DNA from: Patescibacteria group bacterium UBA6201
GTDB lineage: Bacteria > Patescibacteriota > Minisyncoccia > Phycocordibacterales > UBA918
Assembly: GCA_002422025.1 (NCBI GenBank)
Contig: DISV01000005.1
Span: 290,948 to 354,947 of the forward strand
Length of the DNA stretch: 64,000 nt
Direction of reading: 5' to 3'
Numbering within the stretch: the stretch's first letter is position 1; each line of letters begins with the position of its first letter. The position numbers and the translations under genes were made by a program. Positions 11,579 to 22,580 of the stretch are shown piece by piece. Under the pieces are notes generated by a model. It was given only the letters and a program-made list of their open reading frames with translations, did no database searches and was not told the DNA's origin.

Positions 11579-11803
11579 CTAGGTTGGAAGCTGAAGCCTT
11601 TCCTTTTCACGATTCACGACATCGAGAAAGGCTGCAGGTGCCATCCGAGCAGACATCGCCGAGTAGCGAAGGATATCTTCGTCATTAAAAGCATTTTCAT
11701 CTAAGCGCGTCAGATAGTCTTGCACGATCAATCTGAGTGATTGATACCTTTCTAACTCCCGACGCTCTTCTTCAAGATGCTCTTTCTCCTTGTCCACATT
11801 CAT
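11579..11803 (-). CDS. Small charged hypothetical protein (74 aa)
   Basis: ORF between uvrA and uvrC on the same strand; coiled-coil-like and highly charged; no homology recognised. Confidence 0.35.
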   Translation of the reverse strand: MNVDKEKEHLEEERRELERYQSLRLIVQDYLTRLDENAFNDEDILRYSAMSARMAPAAFLDVVNREKERLQLPT

Positions 11804-12013
11804 CCCCTTTTGTTGAGACTCTCTAAAAGTAAAGTATATAAGTCTTCCTCTATCTCTTCAATGCTTTCCAGAACCAATCTCAAACAGAATGACTAGAAAT
11901 CACACCCAAAATCCGAGAGAGAAATGTGCGACACGAGGATTCATAGATACATCTGGAGACGAGTGGCAAGCATTTCGTAGCCGGATTTTTGGTGTTAGTT
12001 CAGTCAAGCCTAT

Positions 12014-12055
12014 CGTCTTTTTAAATGAGTCTACTTAGACTCATTTAAAAAGACG
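12014..12055. repeat. Perfect 19-bp-stem palindrome (hairpin) 17 bp downstream of the uvrA stop
   Basis: cgtctttttaaatgagtct-actt-agactcatttaaaaagacg. No flanking U-tract, so it is not a canonical intrinsic terminator. Confidence 0.5.
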
Positions 12056-12071
12056 ACTCTGGTTGGGGATT

Positions 12072-14705
12072 CTATTTGAGATGGGTTCTAAGATATTGAC
12101 CAGTATATGACTTCTCATTACGTGCAACTTCCTCAGGAGTACCTTTGGCAACCAAGTTTCCTCCTCCCTTGCCACCCTCCGGGCCAATATCCAGTATATA
12201 GTCAGCACTCTTCACTAAATCAAGGTTGTGTTCAATTACCATAACGGTATTACCACGGTTCACAAGCTCTTGAAGAATTTCTATCAACTTCTTTACATCT
12301 TCATAATGGAGTCCAATGGTAGGCTCATCGAGTAAGTAAATAGTTTTTTGGGTATGTGGACGATAAAGTTCAGAGGCAATCTTCACACGCTGTGCTTCTC
12401 CACCAGATAAAGTAGTAGCACTCTGTCCCAACTCCAAGTAACTAAGTCCAACATCAAGTAAAGGCTTTAGACGTTCAGCAATGGCAGGGATGTCATTGAA
12501 AAACATATAAGCTTCCTCAATGGTCATATGAAGCACATCATGAATACTTTTCTTTCTGTAAGTCACCTCGAGTGTCTCTTTAGTAAAGCGCTTTCCATCA
12601 CAAACATCACAAGTCACATACACGGTCGGCAAGAAGTGCATCTCAACCGCTATCTCACCATTACCTTGACAAGCTTCACAACGCCCACCTTTCACATTGA
12701 ATGAAAACCTCCCAGGCTTCCAACCACGAGCACGTGCTTCGCTAGTAGAAGCAAACATATCGCGAATGTGCGTGAAGGCTCCAGTATAAGTAGCTGGATT
12801 AGACCGTGGAGTACGACCAATCGGTGATTGATCAATTAAAACTGTGCGTCCTAGATATTCAGTACCATCAAATGAAGTACAGTTGTGAATCTTGGCTGAA
12901 CGATACTGACGCTCCAAGCGAGCCCTTAGATTCTTGTGGAGAATCTCATACATAAATGTCGACTTGCCACTTCCAGACACACCAGTTAAAGCGATTAGTC
13001 TGCCTAGTGGTATATCTACATTCATGTTCTTTATGTTAAAGGCCTTTCCTCCTCTAATCTTTATTGAACCTTTCTCACTCTGCCGACGTTCTGGAATCAC
13101 AATTTTTTTGTCACCGCGCAAATAATCAAGTGTAATAGAACCAGACTCATTAGTCTTGGCTTCCAAAAGTTTTGGAAGATAATCAGCCACAACGACGTTG
13201 CCACCATGCACGCCAGCGCCAGGACCGATATCAATCAAATAGTCAGAGGCGTAAATAGTATCCTCATCATGTTCTACTACAATGATGGTATTACCGAGGT
13301 CACGAAGCGACGTTAGAGTTTTAATCAAACGGTCGTTGTCACGCTGATGAAGTCCAATAGTTGGTTCATCAAGTACATAAAGTGCTCCCACTAGGCCAGA
13401 ACCAAGCTGTGAAGCCAATCGAATACGCTGTGCTTCACCACCAGAGAGAGTGTTGGCGCGACGGTTAAGTGTCAGATATTCAATACCGACGTTCTGCATA
13501 AATTCCAAGCGCTCGATAATCTCGCGCAAGGCGGGCCAAGCAATCTCTTGATGTTTCTTAGAGAGTTTAAGTTGCGCAATAAAATCACTAGCCTCCTTTA
13601 CTGTCATATTAGTAAAGTCAACAATGTTTTTTCCAAGTGACTTCCCTTCACCGCCGAGATAAACACGAAGTGCTTCTGGTCGGAGGCGCGCCCCTTTACA
13701 TACCGGACACTCGTCATTCTGAAAGATACCCACAACCCCTAACCCGTTACACTCAGGACACGCACCGTATGGTGAGTTAAAGGAGAACAAGCGTGGTTCT
13801 ACTTCAGGAAATGATGAGCCATCAATTGGACAAATAAACTTTGCTGAGAGTGTACGTTCACTACCATCTGGACTTTCTACCTTTACCAAACCGTTAGACT
13901 CTTTTAGAGCCATTTCCACAGCCTCACTCAAACGCTCCTTTGAACCTTTAGGATCATCGGTGAATTCAGAAACGTAGATAGAATCAACCAACACGTCAAT
14001 ATCGTGTCTAGCTGTCTTCTTTAACTCAATACGTTCACGCAACTGTTTAATTTGTCCATCGATTTTAACGGTTTCGTATCCTTTATTTAAAAGGTCATAA
14101 AGAAGCTGGTAGTACTCTCCTTTTCTACCTACTATCAAAGGAGCAAAGATTCCTACCTTGCCCTTAGATAGTTCAATACCAAGTACCTTTTCTTTCTTAG
14201 CTTCAGTAACCTCCTTATCTTCAATTGATTTAAGAACAATACCGAGAATTTCGTCTTGCGAAAGCTTTTCAATCGGCACGTCAGTATCTAAACAGTATGG
14301 CTGACCAACGCGTGCATAGAGAATACGCAGATAATCATAAATCTCTGTAATAGTCGCAACAGTCGAACGTGGGTTACGACTGGCTGACTTTTGGTCAATG
14401 GAAATAGCTGGAGAGAGACCACTAATCTCATCTACATCTGGCTTCTGGAGTTTATTTAAAAATTGTCGAGCATAGGCAGAGAGCGACTCAATGTATCGCC
14501 GCTGACCTTCGGCGAAGATAGTATCGAAAGCAAGTGACGACTTACCACTTCCAGAAGGTCCAGTAATGGCAATTAGTTTACCGCGAGGCATTTCAACGGT
14601 AATGTTCTTTAGATTATGGGTACGAGCGCCCCGCACCACGATTTTATTACCGCTTTCACCTTCGCCTTTTACATCCCACTTGACTTTAGTTTTTTTCTTT
14701 TCCAT
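12072..14705 (-). CDS. uvrA: Excinuclease ABC subunit A
   Basis: Two ABC ATPase modules ([12 protein letters not shown] and GVSGSGKST Walker A; LSGGEAQR signatures twice) and zinc-finger cysteines. Confidence 0.95.
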   Translation of the reverse strand: MEKKKTKVKWDVKGEGESGNKIVVRGARTHNLKNITVEMPRGKLIAITGPSGSGKSSLAFDTIFAEGQRRYIESLSAYARQFLNKLQKPDVDEISGLSPAISIDQKSASRNPRSTVATITEIYDYLRILYARVGQPYCLDTDVPIEKLSQDEILGIVLKSIEDKEVTEAKKEKVLGIELSKGKVGIFAPLIVGRKGEYYQLLYDLLNKGYETVKIDGQIKQLRERIELKKTARHDIDVLVDSIYVSEFTDDPKGSKERLSEAVEMALKESNGLVKVESPDGSERTLSAKFICPIDGSSFPEVEPRLFSFNSPYGACPECNGLGVVGIFQNDECPVCKGARLRPEALRVYLGGEGKSLGKNIVDFTNMTVKEASDFIAQLKLSKKHQEIAWPALREIIERLEFMQNVGIEYLTLNRRANTLSGGEAQRIRLASQLGSGLVGALYVLDEPTIGLHQRDNDRLIKTLTSLRDLGNTIIVVEHDEDTIYASDYLIDIGPGAGVHGGNVVVADYLPKLLEAKTNESGSITLDYLRGDKKIVIPERRQSEKGSIKIRGGKAFNIKNMNVDIPLGRLIALTGVSGSGKSTFMYEILHKNLRARLERQYRSAKIHNCTSFDGTEYLGRTVLIDQSPIGRTPRSNPATYTGAFTHIRDMFASTSEARARGWKPGRFSFNVKGGRCEACQGNGEIAVEMHFLPTVYVTCDVCDGKRFTKETLEVTYRKKSIHDVLHMTIEEAYMFFNDIPAIAERLKPLLDVGLSYLELGQSATTLSGGEAQRVKIASELYRPHTQKTIYLLDEPTIGLHYEDVKKLIEILQELVNRGNTVMVIEHNLDLVKSADYILDIGPEGGKGGGNLVAKGTPEEVARNEKSYTGQYLRTHLK

Positions 14706-14791
14706 ATAGCGACGCCTCCGGTTGGAGCCGAAGGTTTAATAATGACGAGTATAACTCAATCAGCAAAAAACGACAAAGTCGTATAGTAGCG

Positions 14792-16828
14792 CTATTTCTT
14801 CTTAGCTTTTTTTGCGACTGTTGCTTCTAAAATATTTATCTCGTCGCGAATAATAGCGGCAGTTTCGAAGTCGAGAATGGCTACCGCTTCATTCATCTGA
14901 CTCCTCTTTTCTTTCAAGACTTTCTTGGGATTCTTCTTAAACAACTCCATATCGACAGTAAGCAAGGTATGTACGGTTTCTTCATGCACACTACGAAGCT
15001 GATCAGCAATACTTTTAATCTCCTTCTTGATAGTGGCCGGAGTGATGTTATGTTCTTTGTTGTATGCCAATTGACGATCGCGGCGACGGTTCGTTTCACC
15101 AATTGCATATTCTAATGACTTAGTGATGACGTCAGCATATAGAATTACGCGTCCATTTACGTTACGGGCAGCGCGACCAATGGTCTGAATGAGCGCCGTC
15201 TCACTACGAAGGAAACCTTCTTTGTCAGCATCGAGGATGGCTACCAACTCCACTTCCGGCAAGTCGAGTCCTTCACGAAGCAAGTTAACTCCGACCAAAC
15301 AATCAAACACACCCTTTCTAAAGTCGGTCAAGATCTCAATACGCTCCAAGGTCTCCACATCACTATGGATGTACTTGGTTTTCATCCCCTTTCCTTCTAG
15401 GAACTCAGCTAGGTCTTCTGCCATTTGTTTAGTGAGCACAGTGGTGAGTACACGAGCTCCAGAAGCAATCACTTTTTCTGCCTCCAGGATAAAGTCTTTC
15501 ACCTGTCCTGGATAATCACCCTTCTCCACGATTGGACGAACCTCAATCAAAGGGTCAACTAGTCCGGTTGGGCGAATGATTTGTTCAACCATTTTAAAAG
15601 AAGTGGTCTCTGCCTTTTCATACTCATACTTACCTGGAGTGGCTGAAGTATAGATACGCTGTCCAACCCGCTTCTCAAATTCATCAAATTTTAGTGGGCG
15701 ATTATCCTTGGCACTTGGCAGACGGAAACCGTAATCAACCAGAGTTTCTTTGCGTGCTCGATCACCAGCATACATTCCCCCAATCTGTGGAATAGTGACA
15801 TGTGACTCATCAATCACTGTCAAAAAGTCAGCCGTACCATCAGCCTTATGTGGAAAGTAGTCGAGCAAACTATATGGTGGCTCACCGGCGGAGCGTCCGT
15901 CGAAGTGGCGTGAATAGTTTTCAATACCATTACAATAGCCAATCTCCCTAATCATCGCTAAGTCGTACTCAGTACGACGCTTGATTCGCTCACTCTCAAG
16001 TAGCTTTCCTTCCTTCTTAAACTTCTTGAGTTGTTCATCGAGCTCTTGTTTAATATCCACAATGGCGCGGGCACGCTCAGCCTCAGGTGTCACGAAGTGC
16101 TTAGCTGGGAACAAGTAGAAGGTATCCGGCTCTTCGATAATGGCGCGTGTAGTAGCATCAATCTTAGTGATAGCCGAAACAGTATCTCCTACGAAGTTAA
16201 GTCGAAAAATAACCTTCTCATTAGTTGGCATTATCTCCACAGTATTCCCAATCGCTCGGAAAGCGCCGGGGGTAAGATCAGCCGGTGTTCGTTCGAAGTA
16301 CATAGATACCAAAAGCCGAAGCATCTCTTTACGGTTGATTGTAAATCCTTTTTCTATTTTCTTATGGACTTTTTCGTACTCAATTGGAGAACCAAGACCG
16401 TAGATACAAGACACCGAAGCGACAATAATTACGTCACTGCGGGTCAAAAGAGCTTGAGTTGAGGCGTGGCGTAGACGATCAATTTCTTTGTTAATTTGTG
16501 CCTCCTTCTCGATGAAAGTATCAGAGACTGGCATATAGGCCTCCGGCTGGTAGTAGTCGTAGTATGAAACGAAGTAGTGAACTGCGTTATTAGGAAAGAA
16601 GTCTCGGTACTCCTGCGCCAACTGAGCTGCCAGAGTCTTATTGTGGGCAATCACCAAGGTCGGCTTCTGGATAGCATTAATGACATTAGCAACAGTGAAG
16701 GTCTTACCAGAGCCAGTCACACCTAAAAGCGTCTGATGCTCGGCACCAGCTTTAAGTCCCTCCAAAAGCTTTTTTATAGCCTCAGGCTGGTCTCCATCTG
16801 GAGTCTTATCTGTTGCTAACTTAAACAT
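14792..16828 (-). CDS. uvrB: Excinuclease ABC subunit B (start placed at MFKLATDK)
   Basis: Helicase motifs (GVTGSGKTFT, DESH) and a UvrB interaction domain. The N-terminus FKL..D..P.GDQP.AI matches the UvrB consensus. Confidence 0.95.
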   Translation of the reverse strand: MFKLATDKTPDGDQPEAIKKLLEGLKAGAEHQTLLGVTGSGKTFTVANVINAIQKPTLVIAHNKTLAAQLAQEYRDFFPNNAVHYFVSYYDYYQPEAYMPVSDTFIEKEAQINKEIDRLRHASTQALLTRSDVIIVASVSCIYGLGSPIEYEKVHKKIEKGFTINRKEMLRLLVSMYFERTPADLTPGAFRAIGNTVEIMPTNEKVIFRLNFVGDTVSAITKIDATTRAIIEEPDTFYLFPAKHFVTPEAERARAIVDIKQELDEQLKKFKKEGKLLESERIKRRTEYDLAMIREIGYCNGIENYSRHFDGRSAGEPPYSLLDYFPHKADGTADFLTVIDESHVTIPQIGGMYAGDRARKETLVDYGFRLPSAKDNRPLKFDEFEKRVGQRIYTSATPGKYEYEKAETTSFKMVEQIIRPTGLVDPLIEVRPIVEKGDYPGQVKDFILEAEKVIASGARVLTTVLTKQMAEDLAEFLEGKGMKTKYIHSDVETLERIEILTDFRKGVFDCLVGVNLLREGLDLPEVELVAILDADKEGFLRSETALIQTIGRAARNVNGRVILYADVITKSLEYAIGETNRRRDRQLAYNKEHNITPATIKKEIKSIADQLRSVHEETVHTLLTVDMELFKKNPKKVLKEKRSQMNEAVAILDFETAAIIRDEINILEATVAKKAKKK

Positions 16829-16950
16829 GGTCACAGTGTAGCTGAATAAGGGAAATAAAAAAAGTGTATGACACATTAAGATCACCCGAAATAGCCATGG
16901 TCGCACATTCAGGGCTGAACAACCGAAGACCCTGAACTAGTATTGGCCTA

Positions 16951-18165
16951 TTACAATATATGTCCTGTCAAAATACTCTCCCTCAACTTCTTTGTGAAAT
17001 TTACAATCGTATAAAGATTGTGTATTGAAGCAAGGTGTCCGCCAAGAATCTCGCCGGAACGTAGGAGGTGCGAGAGATATGCTTTGGTGTAGCGTTCACA
17101 CACAAAACAATCACAACCTTCATCAACACGAGAAAAGTCTCGTTGATACTCAGCATTACGTAAATTAGTTTTAACTATTCCCTCTCTCTTATGCTCATAG
17201 ATAGTACCGGTGCGTGCAATACGGGTCGGTGCTACACAATCAAAAGTATCACAGCCCAGTTGTACTCCTTCCATAATGTCTACAGGTTCTCCGATTCCGA
17301 GTAAGTGTCGTGGTTTTTCCTCTGGTAGATTTTCATTGACCACCTTAAGAGCATCCCCCAAATCTTTCTTAGAAAAACTACCACCAATACCAAAACCATC
17401 AAAATCCATCTCTGCCAAAGTTTGTGCGCTTTCTTTGCGCAAATCTAGGAAGCGTCCACCCTGTACCACACCGTAAAGCCCCTGCTTCTTTAAGGCTTCA
17501 TAGTTCTGCTTATGTGCCATTATTGAGCGCTTGGCCCAACGGTGAGTTCTGTCCATCGCCTCCCTCTGGTAATCGTAGTCAGCCGACGGACTGGTGCATT
17601 CATCAAAAGCTACAATGATATCAGCCCCAATAGCGTGCTGTATCTCAATCGAGCGCTCTGCAGTAAAGCGGTGCATCGAACCATCATGATGTGAGGTAAA
17701 AGTTACACCTTCCTCGTCAATCACACAGAGCTTGCCGTGGCTTTCAGCCAAGGTTTTTGAATAGACATTAAGACCGTGAACGATTGGCTTCGCGTCTTCC
17801 TCAACCTCACCGGCCGCAAACTTCGTAACACCTTTACCGAAAGCCGCACCGAGCGAAAAAACCTGAAACCCACCAGAATCGGTCATTAATGGTAGATCGA
17901 GATTGGCAAATTTATGTATCCCTCCGGCTTCTTTAATTGTCTCGTGCCCAGGCTGAAGATAGAGATGATAGGTATTAGCGATAGCCACCTGAGCCTCTAC
18001 TAGGTCTTTTAAGTCTTCTGACTTAAGACTCTTCACTGTGCCTTTGGTTCCCACTGTCACAAAAGCCGGAGTTTCAATGTCTCCGTGTGGAGTATGGATG
18101 ATACCCGCTCTAGCCATAGAGCCAGAGGCGCGTTTAACAACTTCAAAGGAAATAGGAGAGGACAC
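16951..18165 (-). CDS. tgt: Queuine tRNA-ribosyltransferase
   Basis: N-terminus ...ARAGIIHTPHGDIETPAFVTVGT and a C-terminal zinc site CDCFVC...H, typical of Tgt. Confidence 0.9.
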   Translation of the reverse strand: MSSPISFEVVKRASGSMARAGIIHTPHGDIETPAFVTVGTKGTVKSLKSEDLKDLVEAQVAIANTYHLYLQPGHETIKEAGGIHKFANLDLPLMTDSGGFQVFSLGAAFGKGVTKFAAGEVEEDAKPIVHGLNVYSKTLAESHGKLCVIDEEGVTFTSHHDGSMHRFTAERSIEIQHAIGADIIVAFDECTSPSADYDYQREAMDRTHRWAKRSIMAHKQNYEALKKQGLYGVVQGGRFLDLRKESAQTLAEMDFDGFGIGGSFSKKDLGDALKVVNENLPEEKPRHLLGIGEPVDIMEGVQLGCDTFDCVAPTRIARTGTIYEHKREGIVKTNLRNAEYQRDFSRVDEGCDCFVCERYTKAYLSHLLRSGEILGGHLASIHNLYTIVNFTKKLRESILTGHIL

Positions 18166-18257
18166 TGGTGAGATAATTTAAAATATAAATCTAAAAATCA
18201 AAATGAGAGTGTAGAAGTAAATTTATGTTTTTATTTCTAACTTTCTACTCTGAAATT

Positions 18258-18803
18258 TTATTTTTCAACTTGCAATAATTCAATAGCGTAAACGACGGTG
18301 GCATTACCTGGGATCGGGCCATAACCCTCACTTCCATAAGCCATATCAGATGGAATAATGATAATTCTTTGTCCACCCATCTTCATTCCTACCATTCCTT
18401 TATTCCAGCCTTCGATTATCTTGTCGTCACCAACCTTAAAAGAAAAACTAGTTCCCTTCTTGTAGCTATTATCAAACTCCTGACCATTCTGGAGAGTACC
18501 GATATAATTCACAGTTACAGTGTCTCCGACAGAGACTTCATCACCCTCACCAATTTGAACATCAGTCACAACCAGCTTATTGACTCTGTTTCCTACCAAA
18601 GCGTCCCCAATAGCATCTCCCACGCCCTCAACACCATCTTTAGCCATAATAACATTGGCTGCTTGGTCGTTCTGCTCAGCACTTCGAGCCAAGATGCTAC
18701 CTGCGTCAATAGAACCATCTAGGCGCATCAAGAAAAGAGCCAAGGCCATCGCTCCAACGCTTAGTCCCACACCAATTACTTCATATTTGTGAATCTTGAT
18801 CAT
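18258..18803 (-). CDS. FKBP-type peptidyl-prolyl cis-trans isomerase with N-terminal membrane anchor
   Basis: FKBP domain (VTVNYIGTLQNGQEFDNSYKKGTSFSFKVGDDKIIEGWNKGMVGMKMGGQRIIIIPSDMAYGSEG). Confidence 0.85.
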   Translation of the reverse strand: MIKIHKYEVIGVGLSVGAMALALFLMRLDGSIDAGSILARSAEQNDQAANVIMAKDGVEGVGDAIGDALVGNRVNKLVVTDVQIGEGDEVSVGDTVTVNYIGTLQNGQEFDNSYKKGTSFSFKVGDDKIIEGWNKGMVGMKMGGQRIIIIPSDMAYGSEGYGPIPGNATVVYAIELLQVEK

Positions 18804-18838
18804 AAGTCTTATGTGTCGCTTAGCATAGGCTAAACCCT

Positions 18839-19897
18839 CTAAAATTGCAACAATATTCTACCTTTAGCAATATCATTAAGGAGGTTTGCGGAACTACGAC
18901 TAGCTAAATCATCAAGAAAGGCTTGTCTCGCCTCTCCAAGCATCTCATGTGGCTGAACACGCACCGTAGCGCTTTCTACTGGTATGAGCTCCACTTTCCA
19001 GCCTAAGGCATCGACCATAAGCTTTAATACCAACCCTTCTTGCACCGTTGAAGTCCAATACTGGTCAAATATGAAGTTGCCAAGCGAGTAAAAGATGAGT
19101 CCATCTTTGTAGCTCTCTATATTCTGAACAACATGTGGATGATGTCCAACTACTAAATCAAAACCGCTGTCGATAAGATTGTGTGCTAGATTTTCTTGAG
19201 TCTCATCATTTAAAGGCTCATATTCTGTCCCCCAATGAATATATGCAACCTTCAGGTCTGCCGGACCAGCAGAATCCAGTATATCTTCTATCAAAGAAAC
19301 ATCTGGGCCACCATAAGTAGCATTGGCGTGAAGCACTAATACTCTCTGAGCTTTTTCTTCGATTATCGATAAGGAGGAGGTTGAAATTTGTGTTGCGTGA
19401 CCAAAAGTTTTAAAGCCTACATCCTCTAACACCTTAATGGTATTACGGTACCCCATTACACCATAGTCCAAAGAGTGATTATTTGCTAAAGATAGATATA
19501 CGGGACTTCTAAGTAAGAGCTCACTAACAAGATCGGGTTGCACTGAAAATCTCATTTCCATAAATTGTGTCTGTATATGACTCTCTGGTATTGATGCTTC
19601 GAAGTTCATCAACACCGCATCAGCAATCAACACATCCCTAAGCGCAGACAAGGCATATCCTTTTTCTTCTTGCAGTAGCCTCATCTCTACATCCCTAGCC
19701 AACATAACGTCACCGGTAAAAATGAGACTAAGTGGCTCCTCAACTTCTTCGGGAGACAAACCAGTCGGCTCATTTGCAGAGAGGATTGGGAGACTGATTA
19801 TTTGCTCACTACCAAAATGGAGAACAGCGTATGTAAAAGTCACTCCGCTAAAGACAGTGGCCAGAAATATAGATATCAACAAAACTCGTATATGCAT
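18839..19897 (-). CDS. CapA/PgsA-family metallophosphoesterase (poly-gamma-glutamate/capsule synthesis-like), membrane anchored
   Basis: Calcineurin-like motifs (LSLANNHSLDYG, GHHPHVVQ, YSLGNFIFDQ) typical of the CapA family. Confidence 0.8.
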   Translation of the reverse strand: MHIRVLLISIFLATVFSGVTFTYAVLHFGSEQIISLPILSANEPTGLSPEEVEEPLSLIFTGDVMLARDVEMRLLQEEKGYALSALRDVLIADAVLMNFEASIPESHIQTQFMEMRFSVQPDLVSELLLRSPVYLSLANNHSLDYGVMGYRNTIKVLEDVGFKTFGHATQISTSSLSIIEEKAQRVLVLHANATYGGPDVSLIEDILDSAGPADLKVAYIHWGTEYEPLNDETQENLAHNLIDSGFDLVVGHHPHVVQNIESYKDGLIFYSLGNFIFDQYWTSTVQEGLVLKLMVDALGWKVELIPVESATVRVQPHEMLGEARQAFLDDLASRSSANLLNDIAKGRILLQF

Positions 19898-19974
19898 GCG
19901 CTACTTATACCATCTCAAAATAATGCTTACCACTAACAGCGAGCAAAGTTTTGTTATTACAGAATGTGGTTAAT

Positions 19975-20397
19975 TTAGTATGGTCTTACGTACGAAGGAT
20001 GAAAAATACCAAATGCGCCCATATACATCATTCCCAGTATAAAAGTAATAGCAATTAAAATAGCAATTATAAAAATTGATAAAATTTGCCAACGAAAAAG
20101 GTTACGCCGACCAACACGGAGAGTCTCAAGTTCATCAGAGTTAACTTGGACGTCAATACCGAGTAGTGAATGAATCGCTTCAGGGCTCAGTTTTTTATCC
20201 GTCAAGAACACGTCATGTAGCGTATCTACTCGACTCTTGTGAGTATTAATATTCTCACGCAACACGGTAATTGCAGTCTCTACATCTTCTTTATTCCAAC
20301 GGGCCGAAATAAGCACAGAGCGAATCTCTTCATCAGCTGCAGTAGGGGCCAGACCATTTAATTTCAATATCTGCTCGATATGCGTTCGATCAATCAT
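19975..20397 (-). CDS. Hypothetical protein with C-terminal TM helix
   Basis: 140-aa ORF; no recognised domain. Confidence 0.4.
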   Translation of the reverse strand: MIDRTHIEQILKLNGLAPTAADEEIRSVLISARWNKEDVETAITVLRENINTHKSRVDTLHDVFLTDKKLSPEAIHSLLGIDVQVNSDELETLRVGRRNLFRWQILSIFIIAILIAITFILGMMYMGAFGIFHPSYVRPY

Positions 20398-20411
20398 ACT
20401 AATTTATATTA

Positions 20412-21446
20412 TCAAATCCTACCATCGGCGTTAGCTACATGTTGTGAGTATATTTCTAAAAGCACAATGAACACACTAGTAATAACTGGACCGACAATAA
20501 ATCCAATCGGACCAAATAGCGCCAGGCCTCCCAACACTGAAAGCAATATCAAAAACGGATGCATTGGATGAGAACGACTCATCAAGTATGGTCCAAGGAT
20601 ATTGTCCAGTAATGAGACTGCTACCAAATACCAAACTAGAATACCGACACCAGTTACATAATCACCAAATACAAACGAGTAGACAGCAGCTGGTACGAAG
20701 ACTACGGAAGGGCCAACACCTGGCACTAAGGCAGTAATAGCTACTATGGTACCGAACAAAATTGCTCGGTCGAATCCGAAAATAGAAAAACCAATCGCCG
20801 CAGAGACACCTTGAATAATTGCTACTAGTACCGTCCCAGTGGCCACACCTCTCACAGCAGAGGCCATCCGTCGCAATATCAAGCCATCTTCAATGTCTGC
20901 CAAAGGACTAATTTCAATTAGTTTATTAGTAAACTTTTCTCCATCTCTAAAGAAGTAAAAACAACCAAATACAGCAATAAAGAAGGAAAATAGTGTCGAG
21001 GCAGTACCAACAAAAATGGCACCAAGGTTTCCGGCAAACCACTGTGCACCTTGCCTTAGGTAACTTGCTAGATCTATTTGCAAACCAGGAATTAGGTTCT
21101 GTAGCAAGTTTTCAAAATTATTTAGTGTATCTGCAAGAGAAAACTGATTACTATCAAGTATACGATAAATAGAGATGGCTTCACTGACGAGCATTGATGT
21201 AATCCAAAAAAGTGGGATGACAAAAATGATGATTACAAGCACAGTTGAAATGAGCGCCGCAGTGGTTGGATTATGTCTTGGGGTATAAGCCAACACCTTT
21301 CCGTAAATAGGATAAGAAATAGTGACAATGACGGCCGATAAAGCTAAAGCTGTGATAAACGGAGACATCATCTGCCACAACAAGTATCCTACGATACCCA
21401 TTAGGCCGAAAAAGAATACGTACTCAACAACTCTATTCAGTAACAT
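20412..21446 (-). CDS. AI-2E family (PerM/UPF0118) transporter
   Basis: 8-TM topology and sequence pattern typical of AI-2E family permeases. Confidence 0.75.
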   Translation of the reverse strand: MLLNRVVEYVFFFGLMGIVGYLLWQMMSPFITALALSAVIVTISYPIYGKVLAYTPRHNPTTAALISTVLVIIIFVIPLFWITSMLVSEAISIYRILDSNQFSLADTLNNFENLLQNLIPGLQIDLASYLRQGAQWFAGNLGAIFVGTASTLFSFFIAVFGCFYFFRDGEKFTNKLIEISPLADIEDGLILRRMASAVRGVATGTVLVAIIQGVSAAIGFSIFGFDRAILFGTIVAITALVPGVGPSVVFVPAAVYSFVFGDYVTGVGILVWYLVAVSLLDNILGPYLMSRSHPMHPFLILLSVLGGLALFGPIGFIVGPVITSVFIVLLEIYSQHVANADGRI

Positions 21447-21495
21447 ATATCGATATTATCACATTTTTGAACTTGCACCCCACACAGGGGTGCTC

Positions 21496-22521
21496 CTACT
21501 TTAACAAACTCTTTACATCCTTAATCTCCTTTTTTAGTAGTTGTTCGGACACATTGAGGGCCTTATTTAGACCATCAACTGCCTCCTTCTCCTTTTTGGT
21601 CAAGCGAGTTTTGCGATTAATTGCACCGATTTGGTCATATATTTCTTCTCGAAGAGCTGTAAATATCTTGAGCATCTGTGACTGAATTTCATCAGCCTCA
21701 CGGCGCAAATCGGTCACAGCAGTAGCATAACGCTGGCGTTCGTAGACTAGGTAACCAAAGATTAGAAGCATCAAAGCAGCCATAATTGCAACCAGTAATG
21801 AAGCAGGTTCGCTCGCCACATATCCGATTGGGTCCATACTGGGATTGATACTTTCTGGCGGAAGTGACAAGACGGGAGTGGTTTCAGATCGCATATTTCC
21901 AGCCTTGTCATAGGCTGTCACTTTTATGCTGTGTGTACCCTCACCATTTACGTGCATGAAATAACCTCGACGTGCCTCCTCGATACTCAATTTTTGTGGA
22001 GTATCTCCATTTACCGACAATTCAAAATGAGACAAACCGGAAAGCTCATCAGTAGTTTCTGCGGTAATTATTATTCCTCTTTGATCGCCTTGATGCGGGG
22101 TAACCTGAACACTGAAAGGGGCTGGGGCAGTATTATCAATCATCACCTTGTGAGCAGTGAAAGGTCCCCATTTATCAGCGTTCTTAAATTGAACAGTTAA
22201 GTACTGAATTCCCTCCTCCCATTTATCTACCTCAATACTTAGAGAACTAACCGGTGGGCGATAAGTTTTCATCGGCTCAGTTTTTGAATCACTCGTTAAT
22301 TCAGCTGCTACTGCCACCACCTCCTCAGGAAGAGACCAAGAGAAAGATGCACTATCTGCTTTGTACCACTGTTCTGGATTTGGATAATCTACAGAAAGAA
22401 TAGTGGGAGCCTCTGGACCACCCGCATAAAGCTCAGCGGGAATTGGCTCACTAATTTGTGCCGAAACAATAATCGGCATCACCACGTAAGAAATTAAAAA
22501 TACAAATGCAAGAACACGCAT
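21496..22521 (-). CDS. Secreted Ig-like-domain protein with C-terminal TM helix and coiled-coil tail
   Basis: Signal peptide and a GEGTHSIKVTAYDKAGN Big-like motif (also present in the giant protein at 27689..31525). A TM segment is followed by a charged coiled coil. Confidence 0.5.
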   Translation of the reverse strand: MRVLAFVFLISYVVMPIIVSAQISEPIPAELYAGGPEAPTILSVDYPNPEQWYKADSASFSWSLPEEVVAVAAELTSDSKTEPMKTYRPPVSSLSIEVDKWEEGIQYLTVQFKNADKWGPFTAHKVMIDNTAPAPFSVQVTPHQGDQRGIIITAETTDELSGLSHFELSVNGDTPQKLSIEEARRGYFMHVNGEGTHSIKVTAYDKAGNMRSETTPVLSLPPESINPSMDPIGYVASEPASLLVAIMAALMLLIFGYLVYERQRYATAVTDLRREADEIQSQMLKIFTALREEIYDQIGAINRKTRLTKKEKEAVDGLNKALNVSEQLLKKEIKDVKSLLK

Positions 22522-22580
22522 GAATTTATAATTTAATTATCACACACTTCACACGCAAAACTAAAAGTGAAGTGGATAAA

